IMG/VR virus record: IMGVR_UViG_3300046171_000225
Span: 1-64,000 of that record
Length of the DNA stretch: 64,000 nt
Source of the DNA: a virus
Reading direction: 5' to 3' (one strand)
Shown here one piece after another: positions 15,001-23,981 of the stretch. Position 1 is the first letter of the stretch; each line of letters starts with the position of its first letter. The notes under the pieces are model-generated. The model had not been told where the DNA came from. It did not search any database and saw only the letters and a program-made list of their open reading frames with translations. Position numbers and translations under genes: made by a program.

Positions 15001-15784
15001 GACAACATCCGTACTTTCTAATCCTCCTCCCCCTCCTGAGATTGAAATCATACCATACCGTGGAGTAAATGACAAACTATTATTTACCTTTGACGCAACA
15101 TTCTCAGAGGTCTTGCAGGTGGCTATTCCGATTACTCAAGAGGATAGACAACTATTTGACAAGCACTATCAAGCACAAGCAAAAGAAATGGGCCAAGAGA
15201 TATTGTTTAAATCAGATGATATTCCAACTTTCTTTGAAGTGTTTAGAACCGAAACTGCTCCAACGTCCTACTCTGATTTTGACGAGCGTTTGAGAGCAAG
15301 AATTCCTACGCTTATTTCAAGTGAGGATAGGATTATTAGGTCTAGATCAGCAGACTACACTGATGCGATGCAGGCAAATATAAAATATTACTATACTTTC
15401 CGTACAGTTGATTTCCATGGCAACGTGTCTAATCCTACCTTTATCTATGAAGTTGAGCTTGTAGATGATGGTGGAGCTATCTATCCACTTATCAATCTTT
15501 ACACCTTGCCTATCATAGAGTCAAAGGTGGCTTCTAAAGATATGAAGAAGTTAATTCAAGTCTATCCTGTACTAGACAGAGTCACGCCGAACGTAGATCA
15601 AAACTTCTCTGATCCTAATGGCAACACATACTCTGATCCAAATGATGTTCCTGAGGTCCAGTTAGGGGTTCAGGGAGCAGAGCCTGTGTGGGGCAAGACT
15701 TTCAAAATCAGACTGACTTCCAAGAAGACAGGAAAGAAGATTGATATGAACTTGACGTTTAATAAAAAAGACGAGAGAAATTAA
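12080..15784 (+). CDS. Large acidic hypothetical structural protein with FN3-like beta segments
   Basis: 1234-aa ORF. Motifs YIDTQVRYGEQYTYDIHAY and YTDAMQANIKYYYTFRTVDFHGNVS resemble FN3 F/G strands. Confidence 0.6.
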   Translation: MATKKYISPDSFIGSIRDNLRKVTGQYWYTTSDGNLVFGDVNRVSDPRLLKDFSSFSYNTKEIFGRGDVVRTLDIKKVKSDEAEGNGYIAFQDYGVLEIPGTAERSIVLEIFHSTEGDGEDAQPYQTLTQFTVDVQELFKNPGEGFFFEESFQYEFADASEDLYAYSDYHYLNEKYENLSNSTIETALPNFYAISLIDYDFSATPQHIKDHALVLGNVDSSLIISQGVLSDDIATVVDEYEYSLTVPYTNYLDTWVDSYVDLTFAETSLIIDGTKSVIQTYSSYTDGLGINGDKIFDLNERKTKFPFAAGIVFTTEGKTTNVIQEPVADTIGSLDLFSTWTSHVLSSLDPFTFSVVEEEEVYEFSAKTYYNMGSEQELLNASPTLFELEAGSFDGDTNTNSFSHMLFEDFAEVTSENAFASRQERMFLDTVNSPELQNSDALYEDFQSGINDMALLTGLVGHNNKLHTDAGSFERTVASRDGRIYNGLFNRGDYAESQTVGYRVRKYRGPSVVGTHIQEMWIPNALTNESLIEYIDTQVRYGEQYTYDIHAYKYVFGTKYKYEEVEAPNVKQIEEVFSGDGQIVGYNFRWFGAKNLFDVASVSGGDEFGPTLPEPGRVGAQVWELVASFLAQESPLLNTISRYSGYAASLPNGSIFDVDDRITGIQSLETFWIFNHFYDREVYPLRYAAPNPILNTQITDAALQDFIDTGTPNYLYGADIKQLPAWSDENVRFFTLGQIKDIMQKAWYTKPTGFHNGQTVTYPSWQEIWGLEWNDNFIQVGQDGQISESDSDVKAAIRRLQRGNVSFQAFRTGAAGDPSALDLSDWFNLFMGFDDGIIEGSIPGNTSPIPLAMSPSHHRLNGRHIPWGSPNNIEPSGPKERVQDLQSNVPFEVGYNGGFYSGIETNQVIQTFVTNNNSDKNILPGVSNDETSFGIAELAPGEGLPILNTIGYGAKYRVRMLPSTRIVEVPIGSLTTSVLSNPPPPPEIEIIPYRGVNDKLLFTFDATFSEVLQVAIPITQEDRQLFDKHYQAQAKEMGQEILFKSDDIPTFFEVFRTETAPTSYSDFDERLRARIPTLISSEDRIIRSRSADYTDAMQANIKYYYTFRTVDFHGNVSNPTFIYEVELVDDGGAIYPLINLYTLPIIESKVASKDMKKLIQVYPVLDRVTPNVDQNFSDPNGNTYSDPNDVPEVQLGVQGAEPVWGKTFKIRLTSKKTGKKIDMNLTFNKKDERN

Positions 15785-15822
15785 TCATATTTGTTTAAGT
15801 TGCGTATCTTAATATAAAACAA

Positions 15823-15847
15823 ACTATTTAAATTATAAAACTATTTA
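15823..15847 (+). promoter_or_regulatory. Tandem late-promoter-like motifs ACTATTTA (15823, 15840)
   Basis: The same octamer recurs upstream of many structural genes. Confidence 0.6.
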
Positions 15848-15867
15848 TTAGTTAGAGAGGTAAAACT

Positions 15868-16761
15868 ATGGCATTTTTGGACAACAGTGGCGACATCATA
15901 CTTGATGCGGTTCTAACAGACACCGGCAGAAGAAGACTAGCTCGTGGAGACGGTAGCTTTAGGATTGCTAAGTTCGCCCTTGGTGATGACGAGATTAACT
16001 ATCGACTATACAACCCGGCTCATGCAAGTGGGTCTGCTTATTATGACCTGGAGATCCTCCAGACCCCTGTTTTGGAAGGCTTTACTGACCCAGAAGCATC
16101 CATGCACCATCGCCTAGTTACTCTAACAAGAAACGATGTCCTTTACCTGCCAATTTTGGAACTCTTTGAAAGTGCAGCTTTTGGTAGTGTAAGAGATTCC
16201 ACCACAAGCGCCTTCTTAGTGGCAGTTGATAGTGATACTCAAAATGCTGTAGGTACTACTGCTGGGGTTATCTGGGGCGATACACCTTCATCAGTGTCTA
16301 GTACTACGATTGTGGTTGACCAAGGCACTGATACTAACGGTAGCCCTCCTGCTACGTCTCCTCTCTCTGGAGACCTCGTTGAAACAAGGTTCCAGGTTGA
16401 GATTGATAACAGATTTGGTACTGTTTATAACAACGCTGGTAGAAGAGGAAACCCAGCCTATGTGAACGAAGCACAGATGGCAAGTTACTTCTTTACACTT
16501 TCTAACGGCACTTATGTTTCTACAATCACTAGTGTTGGTGCCGCCGACTCTTCAATCAACGGCCCAAGAGGAACTAGGATTCAGTTTAGGATAGGAGCTT
16601 CGCTGGAACTAAATGGAAGTACCACACTATTTACAAGGCTTGGCGGCACTTCTACAGTGGGCTCCACAAGTGTTTACCATATTGATTCTGTTGTCAGAGT
16701 AACAGGCGTTACTACAGGATACAGCATTGATATTCCAGTTAGATTCATCAAGAAGCAATAA
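15868..16761 (+). CDS. Putative baseplate/tail-fibre attachment structural protein
   Basis: N-terminal DAVLTDTGRRRLARG..FALGDDEINY resembles the start of tail-collar/fibre attachment domains. SD GAGAGG. Confidence 0.55.
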   Translation: MAFLDNSGDIILDAVLTDTGRRRLARGDGSFRIAKFALGDDEINYRLYNPAHASGSAYYDLEILQTPVLEGFTDPEASMHHRLVTLTRNDVLYLPILELFESAAFGSVRDSTTSAFLVAVDSDTQNAVGTTAGVIWGDTPSSVSSTTIVVDQGTDTNGSPPATSPLSGDLVETRFQVEIDNRFGTVYNNAGRRGNPAYVNEAQMASYFFTLSNGTYVSTITSVGAADSSINGPRGTRIQFRIGASLELNGSTTLFTRLGGTSTVGSTSVYHIDSVVRVTGVTTGYSIDIPVRFIKKQ

Positions 16762-16773
16762 GGAAGATAAATA

Positions 16774-17904
16774 ATGGCAACGACATTTAAAACTTTAGGT
16801 AGCAACGACGTAACAACTACTAGGACTTTGCTCCATGAATCTATCCCTGTGACAGGTTCTATCCTCTCAGGAACATACGGAGGAAACACGGTAGCTCTTG
16901 GGTCGGAACCACACATTAAGACGTACTCTCATGGCATGTTTGAAAGTGTTTTTGACTATCCTTACCTTTCTTCTTCCGCAAACCATATTTTCGACATTAC
17001 GTCAGGATATTCGTCAACTTCAACTCTTTCTGGAGCGAGCAATACACAAAACTCTAAGAAGATTAATATCTATAATCAAATGGCACAAGTTCTTATGGGG
17101 TACGATGAGACCGGTGGCGTAAGACTATTTGATGAAGATGGCGATATCATTGCTGGTGGAACAAAGATCAACGAGTGCTACTTCATTAACTTTGCAAGAA
17201 TCTTGACAAAAGATGAAATCAAAAAAGGAACTTTTGAGCTTGAACTAGTTACAAGTGACGGGTTTGCTCATGGCGCTGATTCCTCTGAAAGAATTAAGAT
17301 TACAGATGCCTCAGGATCTGATGGATATTTTGTTAACTCTCCTGCTGGGGAGTACGGTGTTCTTTTTGCCACAGGCTCTGCTGGTGCAAACGTTACTGCT
17401 GCGGATCAGTCTTATAGAGTAGGGCTTCTCTTCTATCAGGCAGGCGTCGCAGTTATCTCAGGATCTGTATTCTCAGATGCGGCAGATGGTGGCATTCTCA
17501 ATAACGCGAAAGGCACTGTTACATTTAGTCCTGCAGGCGGAGGAGTTACTGGCTTTAATACGATTACTGGTTCTACAATCGAGGTTATGGCACAAAACTT
17601 GAGAAACAGAACTTACAATATGCAGTTCAACAACACAACAGAGTTGAATTCTACAATTTACTTCTGTCGTGCCAATAATACAGAGTTTAACTACAGCGCT
17701 AACCCAACCTATCTTTCTACTTCCAACGGTCCTAGTGAGATTGTGGTTAAGGATGGAGACCCTGCGAATAGTCCTGTCTCATACGTCACAAGCGTTGGCC
17801 TGTACTCACCTGATAACGAGCTACTAGCAGTAGCCAAGGTCTCAGAGCCTTTGAAGAAAGACCCAAGTAACGAGTTGACTTTACGAGTACGCCTAGATTA
17901 CTAA
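16774..17904 (+). CDS. Putative baseplate wedge/tail-fibre attachment protein
   Basis: C-terminal YVTSVGLYSPDNELLAVAKVSEPLKK..RLDY; S/T/G-rich. Confidence 0.6.
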   Translation: MATTFKTLGSNDVTTTRTLLHESIPVTGSILSGTYGGNTVALGSEPHIKTYSHGMFESVFDYPYLSSSANHIFDITSGYSSTSTLSGASNTQNSKKINIYNQMAQVLMGYDETGGVRLFDEDGDIIAGGTKINECYFINFARILTKDEIKKGTFELELVTSDGFAHGADSSERIKITDASGSDGYFVNSPAGEYGVLFATGSAGANVTAADQSYRVGLLFYQAGVAVISGSVFSDAADGGILNNAKGTVTFSPAGGGVTGFNTITGSTIEVMAQNLRNRTYNMQFNNTTELNSTIYFCRANNTEFNYSANPTYLSTSNGPSEIVVKDGDPANSPVSYVTSVGLYSPDNELLAVAKVSEPLKKDPSNELTLRVRLDY

Positions 17905-17916
17905 GGGGGTGCTCGT

Positions 17917-19242
17917 ATGTCTTATTATAGGTTTACAAACAACGACCTATTTGTCAACCAGCTAAAAACAACACCATCCTGCAGATTTGACATTTATAAC
18001 TCTCAGATTTTTTACAATAATCAGTCTGAGCAGGCTGGTGCCTTTGTCTCTAATGTTCCGGGTGTTCCAGCAGGACATATAAGCTTATATGAATTGAATG
18101 TTGATAGAACAGAATCTGACACAGGTTTGGTATTTTCGTTCCTCCAGAGAGATAGTTCTCTAACTACATTCAAAACAATCTCAACTGAGAACTACTACTC
18201 ATTAGATTACGGCAGCCAAATTAATGCTGTTAGTGGTGCCGAGTACCCTCTCTCTGCTTCAATAACAAGAGAGTTTTTTGATAATAATCATTCGCAATCT
18301 CTAAGCGATGATAACTATGCATTTTATTACTCTTTGCGTGACCCATCACAGACTGTGAAAGAGCACATTAAATATATAAGAGACAATATCAAGGGTTCTC
18401 ACATCAATGCGTTGAAGGGTACAATAAACCATTACTCTACAATGAGTCCACACTTTAAATACTCCGCCTCTTTCAGCACTGGTTACGAAAGAGACCTAGA
18501 TGTCGTCCCAGTTAACCTAGTTAGTATCCCAAGCATATTTTACGGAAATTCCTTAGAGAAAGGCACTGTAAACTTGAAATATTTCTTAACGGGAACTCTT
18601 ATCGGAGAACTTAGGGATGTTAATAGAAACGGAGAACTTGTACAAGTAGGTCCCGAAGGGAGCACTGGGTCTGGAAGTGTTGCAGGAATGGTCCTTTATA
18701 AAGAGGGGTTTGTGATTCTGACAGGAAGCTGGGATCTGCAAACTACTGGGCCTTCTGCTGAAGCGCAACTAAATTATAAAAATACTGGTACTGCCGTGAC
18801 CTCGTCGTGGCTATTTTACGCTGCTGGTGCTAATGACGGAATCCCAAATGACGGCGAAGGCGCAGACACAAGAGCTTCAGCAAGCTACGGACTACACTTC
18901 TCCGGCTCGCATGAAGTCCCAGTGATGACGATGTTTGCTCACGCTCCGAAGGGCCAGTTGAACTTCTCTAACAACCCAACCTACTTGAGTCATAGTGCCA
19001 CAACAGGCTACTATGATGCGCTAACAAGTTCGATCTCTTACAGAGAGCCGGATCTCCCGACAGCTAATATTGTTAGTTCTTCTTTCTCAAGTCCAACAGC
19101 AAGCTTTGCAAAAGAAACTTATATCTCAAAAATTGGTATTTATGATAAAGATAAAAATTTAATTGCCGTGACAACTGTTGCAAAACCAGTTAAAAAAACA
19201 GAGGACAGAGAATTTAGTTTTAAAATGAAGTTGGATATATGA
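17917..19242 (+). CDS. Putative baseplate wedge protein, paralogue of 16774..17904
   Basis: C-terminal YISKIGIYDKDKNLIAVTTVAKPVKK..KLDI and the NFSNNPTY motif are shared with the previous gene (NYSANPTY). Confidence 0.6.
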   Translation: MSYYRFTNNDLFVNQLKTTPSCRFDIYNSQIFYNNQSEQAGAFVSNVPGVPAGHISLYELNVDRTESDTGLVFSFLQRDSSLTTFKTISTENYYSLDYGSQINAVSGAEYPLSASITREFFDNNHSQSLSDDNYAFYYSLRDPSQTVKEHIKYIRDNIKGSHINALKGTINHYSTMSPHFKYSASFSTGYERDLDVVPVNLVSIPSIFYGNSLEKGTVNLKYFLTGTLIGELRDVNRNGELVQVGPEGSTGSGSVAGMVLYKEGFVILTGSWDLQTTGPSAEAQLNYKNTGTAVTSSWLFYAAGANDGIPNDGEGADTRASASYGLHFSGSHEVPVMTMFAHAPKGQLNFSNNPTYLSHSATTGYYDALTSSISYREPDLPTANIVSSSFSSPTASFAKETYISKIGIYDKDKNLIAVTTVAKPVKKTEDREFSFKMKLDI

Positions 19243-19763
19243 TACTAGGGTTGGATGTTAGTACATCAGTAATAGGATATACTATTCTTGATGAGGAAGC
19301 AAATATAATAATCTGTGAAGCTTGGGACTTAAGAAATAAAAATAAGTTCCCTGATCTATGGACAAAAGCTAAGTTCATTAAGTTTGAGCTTGAAGCGATA
19401 AAACACAGTTATAATATAAAACATATATGTATAGAGGAAGCATTTACTTTCTTCAAATCAGGAGGCTCAACAGCTAAGACAATGGCCAAGCTTCAAGCGT
19501 TCAATGGCATCGTATCTTGGTTATGTTTAGACGTAGTGGGGGTTACTCCAGAACACATCCCGCCAGCTAGAGCAAGGAAGCTTAATGGCATAAAAGTTTC
19601 TAGAGGAGAAAAGGCAAAAGAAGTCGTTTTGAACTATTTATTGGGGAGCGAAAAGGATTTTATTATCGAATATACTTCGAGAGGAAATCCAAAGCCCACT
19701 TCTTACGATAGAGCAGACAGCTTGGTAATAGCTAGAGCTTGCTATAAATTATCCATGGAATAG
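19239..19763 (+). CDS. ruvC: RuvC-like Holliday junction resolvase
   Basis: MILGLDVSTSVIGY, ICIEE and C-terminal DRADSLVIA give the RuvC catalytic acidic residues. Confidence 0.85.
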   Translation: MILGLDVSTSVIGYTILDEEANIIICEAWDLRNKNKFPDLWTKAKFIKFELEAIKHSYNIKHICIEEAFTFFKSGGSTAKTMAKLQAFNGIVSWLCLDVVGVTPEHIPPARARKLNGIKVSRGEKAKEVVLNYLLGSEKDFIIEYTSRGNPKPTSYDRADSLVIARACYKLSME

Positions 19764-19776
19764 AGGAAACCCCAAT

Positions 19777-21021
19777 ATGAAAGCCACGGTCCTAACAGAA
19801 GCTTACATCCAACAAATCATTGAAGAAGAGACTAAAAGTATACTGTTCGAAGAACAAGTAAAGTTTTTAATGAGCGAAGGCTTCTATGAAGATGTTACTA
19901 GAGCAGCTGCTGAGGGTGGTGGTGGACTTTGTGGTGCATCTAGAGCCATAGATGCTACAATGGACTATTTCGGCACGCATGTTCGATTTGGCTACGATAT
20001 CGTGATTACTCTTTTTGGAATATTATTCCCTGGGATTGGCGATGTTGCTGACCTCATAGAGGCACTGAGATCAGGTTGCCGAGGCCAGTGTGTGGATATG
20101 TTAGTAGGATTTCTTCAGGCATTTCCTGGGTTCGGTACAGTGCCGGGAGGAGTGAAGCTAATGCTGAAATCCATAAGGAAAGGCGGCACGGACCTAGCAT
20201 CTAGAAAACTAGTTCATAAACAACTAAAGAATATTATGAATGAATTTTCTAAAGACCTTAAAGACTATAAACAATCAATAGAAATGATGAGTAAAAACTC
20301 TCGCAGCATCAGAGACAAACTTCAAGGACTAATTGATGTAGATATTGACGAATTTGAAGAGGCTCTTCAAGAATTTGGCCTACCAAAAGTTAGTAATTTT
20401 GCCCGTCAGATTTTGTATAATACTAATACAGAAGCTGGTTGGCTGATAGACACTGCGTTTAAATTACAAAATAGATTTTTTCAGTCAATGATTTCTATAC
20501 TAAATCTTTTATTCTATCTCGGACCCGCTGAATACAAAAAAAGAGGCCCTGATGGGTATATAATGTGGCTAATGGAGCAGCCGGTTGACAAAATGCTGTG
20601 TGATGCGATGGGAATGGCTCCAGAGGTTGTTATAGGCCTTACAAAAGACGCAGAGCCACTAGACTTGAAAAGCAAGAGACTCGAAAAGTTTGCAGCCCTT
20701 AAAACAGTCACAGGAGAGAAGACTCCTTTGATGGGCTTCGAGGAACTAGCCCAAAAGTGGGGGTACGGTAGCGTAGCAGAGTTGTTTCTAGGAATAAAAG
20801 ATCCGTACAAGGGCTTTCAACTCGATGCTACTAGAATTAATAAAGCTAACGTTGAACAATTTTTAGCGGACCCTGTCGGCTCTATCTTTGGGGACGAAGT
20901 AGAGCAGCTTTATAATGATTACATTTATACGTCGAAAGAAAGAGGTTTCTTTCACGCAGATAGTGATATCGTAAGAACTCCGCAGCAGGTAAAACAAATT
21001 ATAGAGAAAGCAAGACAATAA
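19777..21021 (+). CDS. Hypothetical protein with pre-toxin-TG-like segment; possible head-internal/ejected protein
   Basis: FPGIGDVADLIEAL..G..VDMLVGFLQAFPGFG; N-terminal IQQIIEEET motif. Confidence 0.5.
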   Translation: MKATVLTEAYIQQIIEEETKSILFEEQVKFLMSEGFYEDVTRAAAEGGGGLCGASRAIDATMDYFGTHVRFGYDIVITLFGILFPGIGDVADLIEALRSGCRGQCVDMLVGFLQAFPGFGTVPGGVKLMLKSIRKGGTDLASRKLVHKQLKNIMNEFSKDLKDYKQSIEMMSKNSRSIRDKLQGLIDVDIDEFEEALQEFGLPKVSNFARQILYNTNTEAGWLIDTAFKLQNRFFQSMISILNLLFYLGPAEYKKRGPDGYIMWLMEQPVDKMLCDAMGMAPEVVIGLTKDAEPLDLKSKRLEKFAALKTVTGEKTPLMGFEELAQKWGYGSVAELFLGIKDPYKGFQLDATRINKANVEQFLADPVGSIFGDEVEQLYNDYIYTSKERGFFHADSDIVRTPQQVKQIIEKARQ

Positions 21022-21041
21022 GCTACAAATGAGGGCAACTG

Positions 21042-23009
21042 ATGAAGATCAACGACAATAAACTCGAAAGTATCATACTAGAAGAAACAGTCGCAGCGAT
21101 TAATGAAATAGAAACTAAAACCTCTGGGAAACTGTTAGGTCAGTTTTTTGATTTCCTTGGCATAGGGGTAGAAAAGATTTCTTCGCTGGAGTCGTTAAAA
21201 AAGAGACTTAAAGCGGACGCTGGCCCAAGAAGTAAATTGGTGCTGAGAGCTTTGGAGGGAGACCCGGACCTTAAAGTTTTATATAATGAAGACATGTTAG
21301 AATTGTTTAAAATGCTAAGAGATAGTCCATTTGACTATCACAAACAACTCCTAGATCAGCTTAGAACTAAAAGAATGCAATTTAAACGAGGTATATTAAA
21401 AAAACTTAAACTTCAAAACCTTGTAGATCAGGAAGATGACAAAGAGATTCTTTCTATTTTCCGGCAGGTTAGGGACGCGGTCGATGAACAAGCTCTTTTA
21501 GGCGAGTTGCCAGAGTCAGCCCTAGAAGGGGTAAATGATTTTCTAGGAGCATTTGGAGAAGACTTGCGGATAGCTATGGGTAGCAGGAAAGCACTTGAGC
21601 GTAGAATCATAGATCTTAGCTTGGAAGGTGATGCCCTAGATCTTATGATGGCGGAAGCCGAGCTTTTTGAGGCGGCAGCACGAGCTACCAGCCCAGTCGT
21701 ACAAAACATATTGTATACCATGGCAGCAATGGCAGGCACAGGCGTAGCGTACAGCATGCTCTACAGACCAGGAGAAGATGGGAAAGGGTCTGTTGATATA
21801 AAATCGAAAAAAACTTTAGATTTTAAAACATCAGTAAAAGATTTGCCAACTACTAGTGGCCCAACAAAGATCCCAGTCTTTGTCAGTACGAAAGAAAAGC
21901 CTGAGGTCAAAGATAAAAAGCCGCAACCAGCCAAACCTGAGCAGCAAGCTCAACGTGTTGGCGGTATTGCACCCAAAGATGGCGAATCTAAAATCGATTT
22001 TGTGAGGAGGGCAGGCTTTACTACTGGTACTAATGAAGAAGCTATTGACGCATTTAACAAAGTTTATCCAGATTATGGCGAAGAGGACGCCGAAGCTGGC
22101 ATACCTTTGCCCCAGAGATCTTTAAGAGAGGGGTTTGATAAAGAAGATCTAGATGAGCCTCTTCTCAAAACACCAGTCACTCCTGAGATAGAAGACGACG
22201 CCCCAGAATACAAAGATCCTGTTCCTGTTGTCGGGCTTGAAGATGAAGGCTTTACTGTTGAGGTGGCTGAGGGTCCTTTCGCACCAATTTATAGAAAAAA
22301 TGGTAGAAAGGTTTCGAAAAACCTTGTAGATATTGCTTATAAAAAACTATACCTTGCCCCCCTTCCTGCTCTTGAGGACGAAGGGTATACTCGCTTAATG
22401 ATGCCTGCTGGTCAAAAAGAAAGATACTTTGACCCTGACGGACAAGAAGTGTCTGAGGAAGAGATTGCCAGACTAATAGCTACAGCAGCAGAGGATAAAG
22501 AAGCCATAAGACAGGCTACACTAAGTTCCTATGAGCGTGGGAAAAAGCAAGACCTCGAAGACAGAGAGGCGATAACACAGGCAGTATTAAGATCTTACGA
22601 GCGTGGGAAAAAGAAAGGCCTTAGGCAAGTCGCTACAACTCTAGATGATGTAGCCAAAGGTGAGGTAATGCTGCCTGGACAAATGGGCGATGGTATTAAA
22701 GCGATGCAAACAATGATCGCTGGCATTTTTGCTGATACGGGGAGAGAAGATATTCTTCCCAAGTACGGCGCAGATGGCAAGTATGGTCGTGAGACAAGAA
22801 ATGCCGTGACCGTCCTCCAGAGAGATGTTCTTGGGTTTACTGGCAAAGATATAGATGGTAAGTATGGGCCTAAGACACACAAGGCTCTTAAAGCTTATAA
22901 AGAAGCGTCAGCCAAGCTTCCTATTTCAGTGAGTCCAGAGATAGAGGGACCACCAAGCCTAGTGAACGAATCTATCCTAAACCGTTGGAAGAAAATCATT
23001 AAGGGCTAG
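21042..23009 (+). CDS. Protein with C-terminal peptidoglycan-binding (PG_binding_1-like) domain, a hydrophobic segment and internal repeats
   Basis: ADGKYGRETRNAVTVLQ..IDGKYGPKTHKAL; hydrophobic ILYTMAAMAGTGVAYSML. Confidence 0.7.
   Translation: MKINDNKLESIILEETVAAINEIETKTSGKLLGQFFDFLGIGVEKISSLESLKKRLKADAGPRSKLVLRALEGDPDLKVLYNEDMLELFKMLRDSPFDYHKQLLDQLRTKRMQFKRGILKKLKLQNLVDQEDDKEILSIFRQVRDAVDEQALLGELPESALEGVNDFLGAFGEDLRIAMGSRKALERRIIDLSLEGDALDLMMAEAELFEAAARATSPVVQNILYTMAAMAGTGVAYSMLYRPGEDGKGSVDIKSKKTLDFKTSVKDLPTTSGPTKIPVFVSTKEKPEVKDKKPQPAKPEQQAQRVGGIAPKDGESKIDFVRRAGFTTGTNEEAIDAFNKVYPDYGEEDAEAGIPLPQRSLREGFDKEDLDEPLLKTPVTPEIEDDAPEYKDPVPVVGLEDEGFTVEVAEGPFAPIYRKNGRKVSKNLVDIAYKKLYLAPLPALEDEGYTRLMMPAGQKERYFDPDGQEVSEEEIARLIATAAEDKEAIRQATLSSYERGKKQDLEDREAITQAVLRSYERGKKKGLRQVATTLDDVAKGEVMLPGQMGDGIKAMQTMIAGIFADTGREDILPKYGADGKYGRETRNAVTVLQRDVLGFTGKDIDGKYGPKTHKALKAYKEASAKLPISVSPEIEGPPSLVNESILNRWKKIIKG
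22491..22622 (+). repeat. Imperfect 66-nt (22-aa) tandem repeat inside the PG-binding protein
   Basis: EDKEAIRQATLSSYERGKKQDL / EDREAITQAVLRSYERGKKKGL. Confidence 0.85.
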
Positions 23010-23013
23010 TCTC

Positions 23014-23042
23014 TTGACACCCAAATTAGGCAGTGCTACTAC
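23014..23042 (+). promoter_or_regulatory. Sigma70-like promoter upstream of primase
   Basis: TTGACA-N17-TACTAC with an extended -10 TG; the ATG follows 6 nt later. Confidence 0.5.
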
Positions 23043-23048
23043 AGTGGC

Positions 23049-23981
23049 ATGCCTGAAAAACTAAACATTCTCAAAGGTATTCTTGGTCGCTACCGTTCTT
23101 CGGGCCAGGAGTACCTTTTTACTTGTCCTTACTGTGGGCACCACAAGCTCAAGTTCTCAGTGAATATTGAGAAGAATATGTATAAGTGCTGGGTTTGTGA
23201 CCAGCGCGGCAAGGACATATATAAAGTCATTAAGCGTTATGGAACTTTCCGCGACATTCAAGAGTGGAGAGTCCTTACAAACATGGTTGAACTTTCTGAG
23301 TTCGACGGAATGTTCGACGGACCAGAAGAAGAAAAAGAAGAGATCTTAGATCTTCCGCCTGAGTTCCGGTCCCTTGCGAACACGAACACAATCGCAGCTC
23401 AGAACGCTCTGAATTACCTTAGGGGTAGAGGGGTGACAGATAAAGATATTCTTCGATGGAAGATCGGCTTTTGTGATGACGGAGAATATAAAAACAGAAT
23501 TATTGTTCCCTCTTTCGGAATGACCGGCAAAGCAAACTTTTTTGTTGCCCGTTCTTACTCAGGCGATTGGATGAGATACAAGAATCCAAAGGTCAACAGA
23601 AATATAATATTCAATGAACTATATATGGATTGGGGTAGAGATGTTGTCTTAGTGGAGGGCATCTTCGATGCGATCAGAGCCCACAATATTGGGTCTCCGA
23701 TTCCACTTTTGGGTTCGACTCTTAGGGTAGAGTCAAAACTATTCCAAAACATAGTCAGGAATGATTCAAGAGTTTTCCTGGCTCTCGATGACGATGCCAA
23801 AAAGAAAGCAATGAAAGTTGCTTCAAGTCTTAATAAGTACGGCATTGAAGTCTACGATATCGACACCTCGGGATACGAAGATGTGGCAGAAATGCCGCAC
23901 GATATCTTGCAAGAAAGAAAAGAAACAGCTAAGATAATAAATCCCAATAATCGCTTGTACGAACTTATAAGGAACATCTAA
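23049..23981 (+). CDS. DNA primase (zinc finger + TOPRIM)
   Basis: CPYCGH..KCWVC zinc finger, YLRGRG, LVEGIFDAI, LDDDA. Confidence 0.9.
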   Translation: MPEKLNILKGILGRYRSSGQEYLFTCPYCGHHKLKFSVNIEKNMYKCWVCDQRGKDIYKVIKRYGTFRDIQEWRVLTNMVELSEFDGMFDGPEEEKEEILDLPPEFRSLANTNTIAAQNALNYLRGRGVTDKDILRWKIGFCDDGEYKNRIIVPSFGMTGKANFFVARSYSGDWMRYKNPKVNRNIIFNELYMDWGRDVVLVEGIFDAIRAHNIGSPIPLLGSTLRVESKLFQNIVRNDSRVFLALDDDAKKKAMKVASSLNKYGIEVYDIDTSGYEDVAEMPHDILQERKETAKIINPNNRLYELIRNI

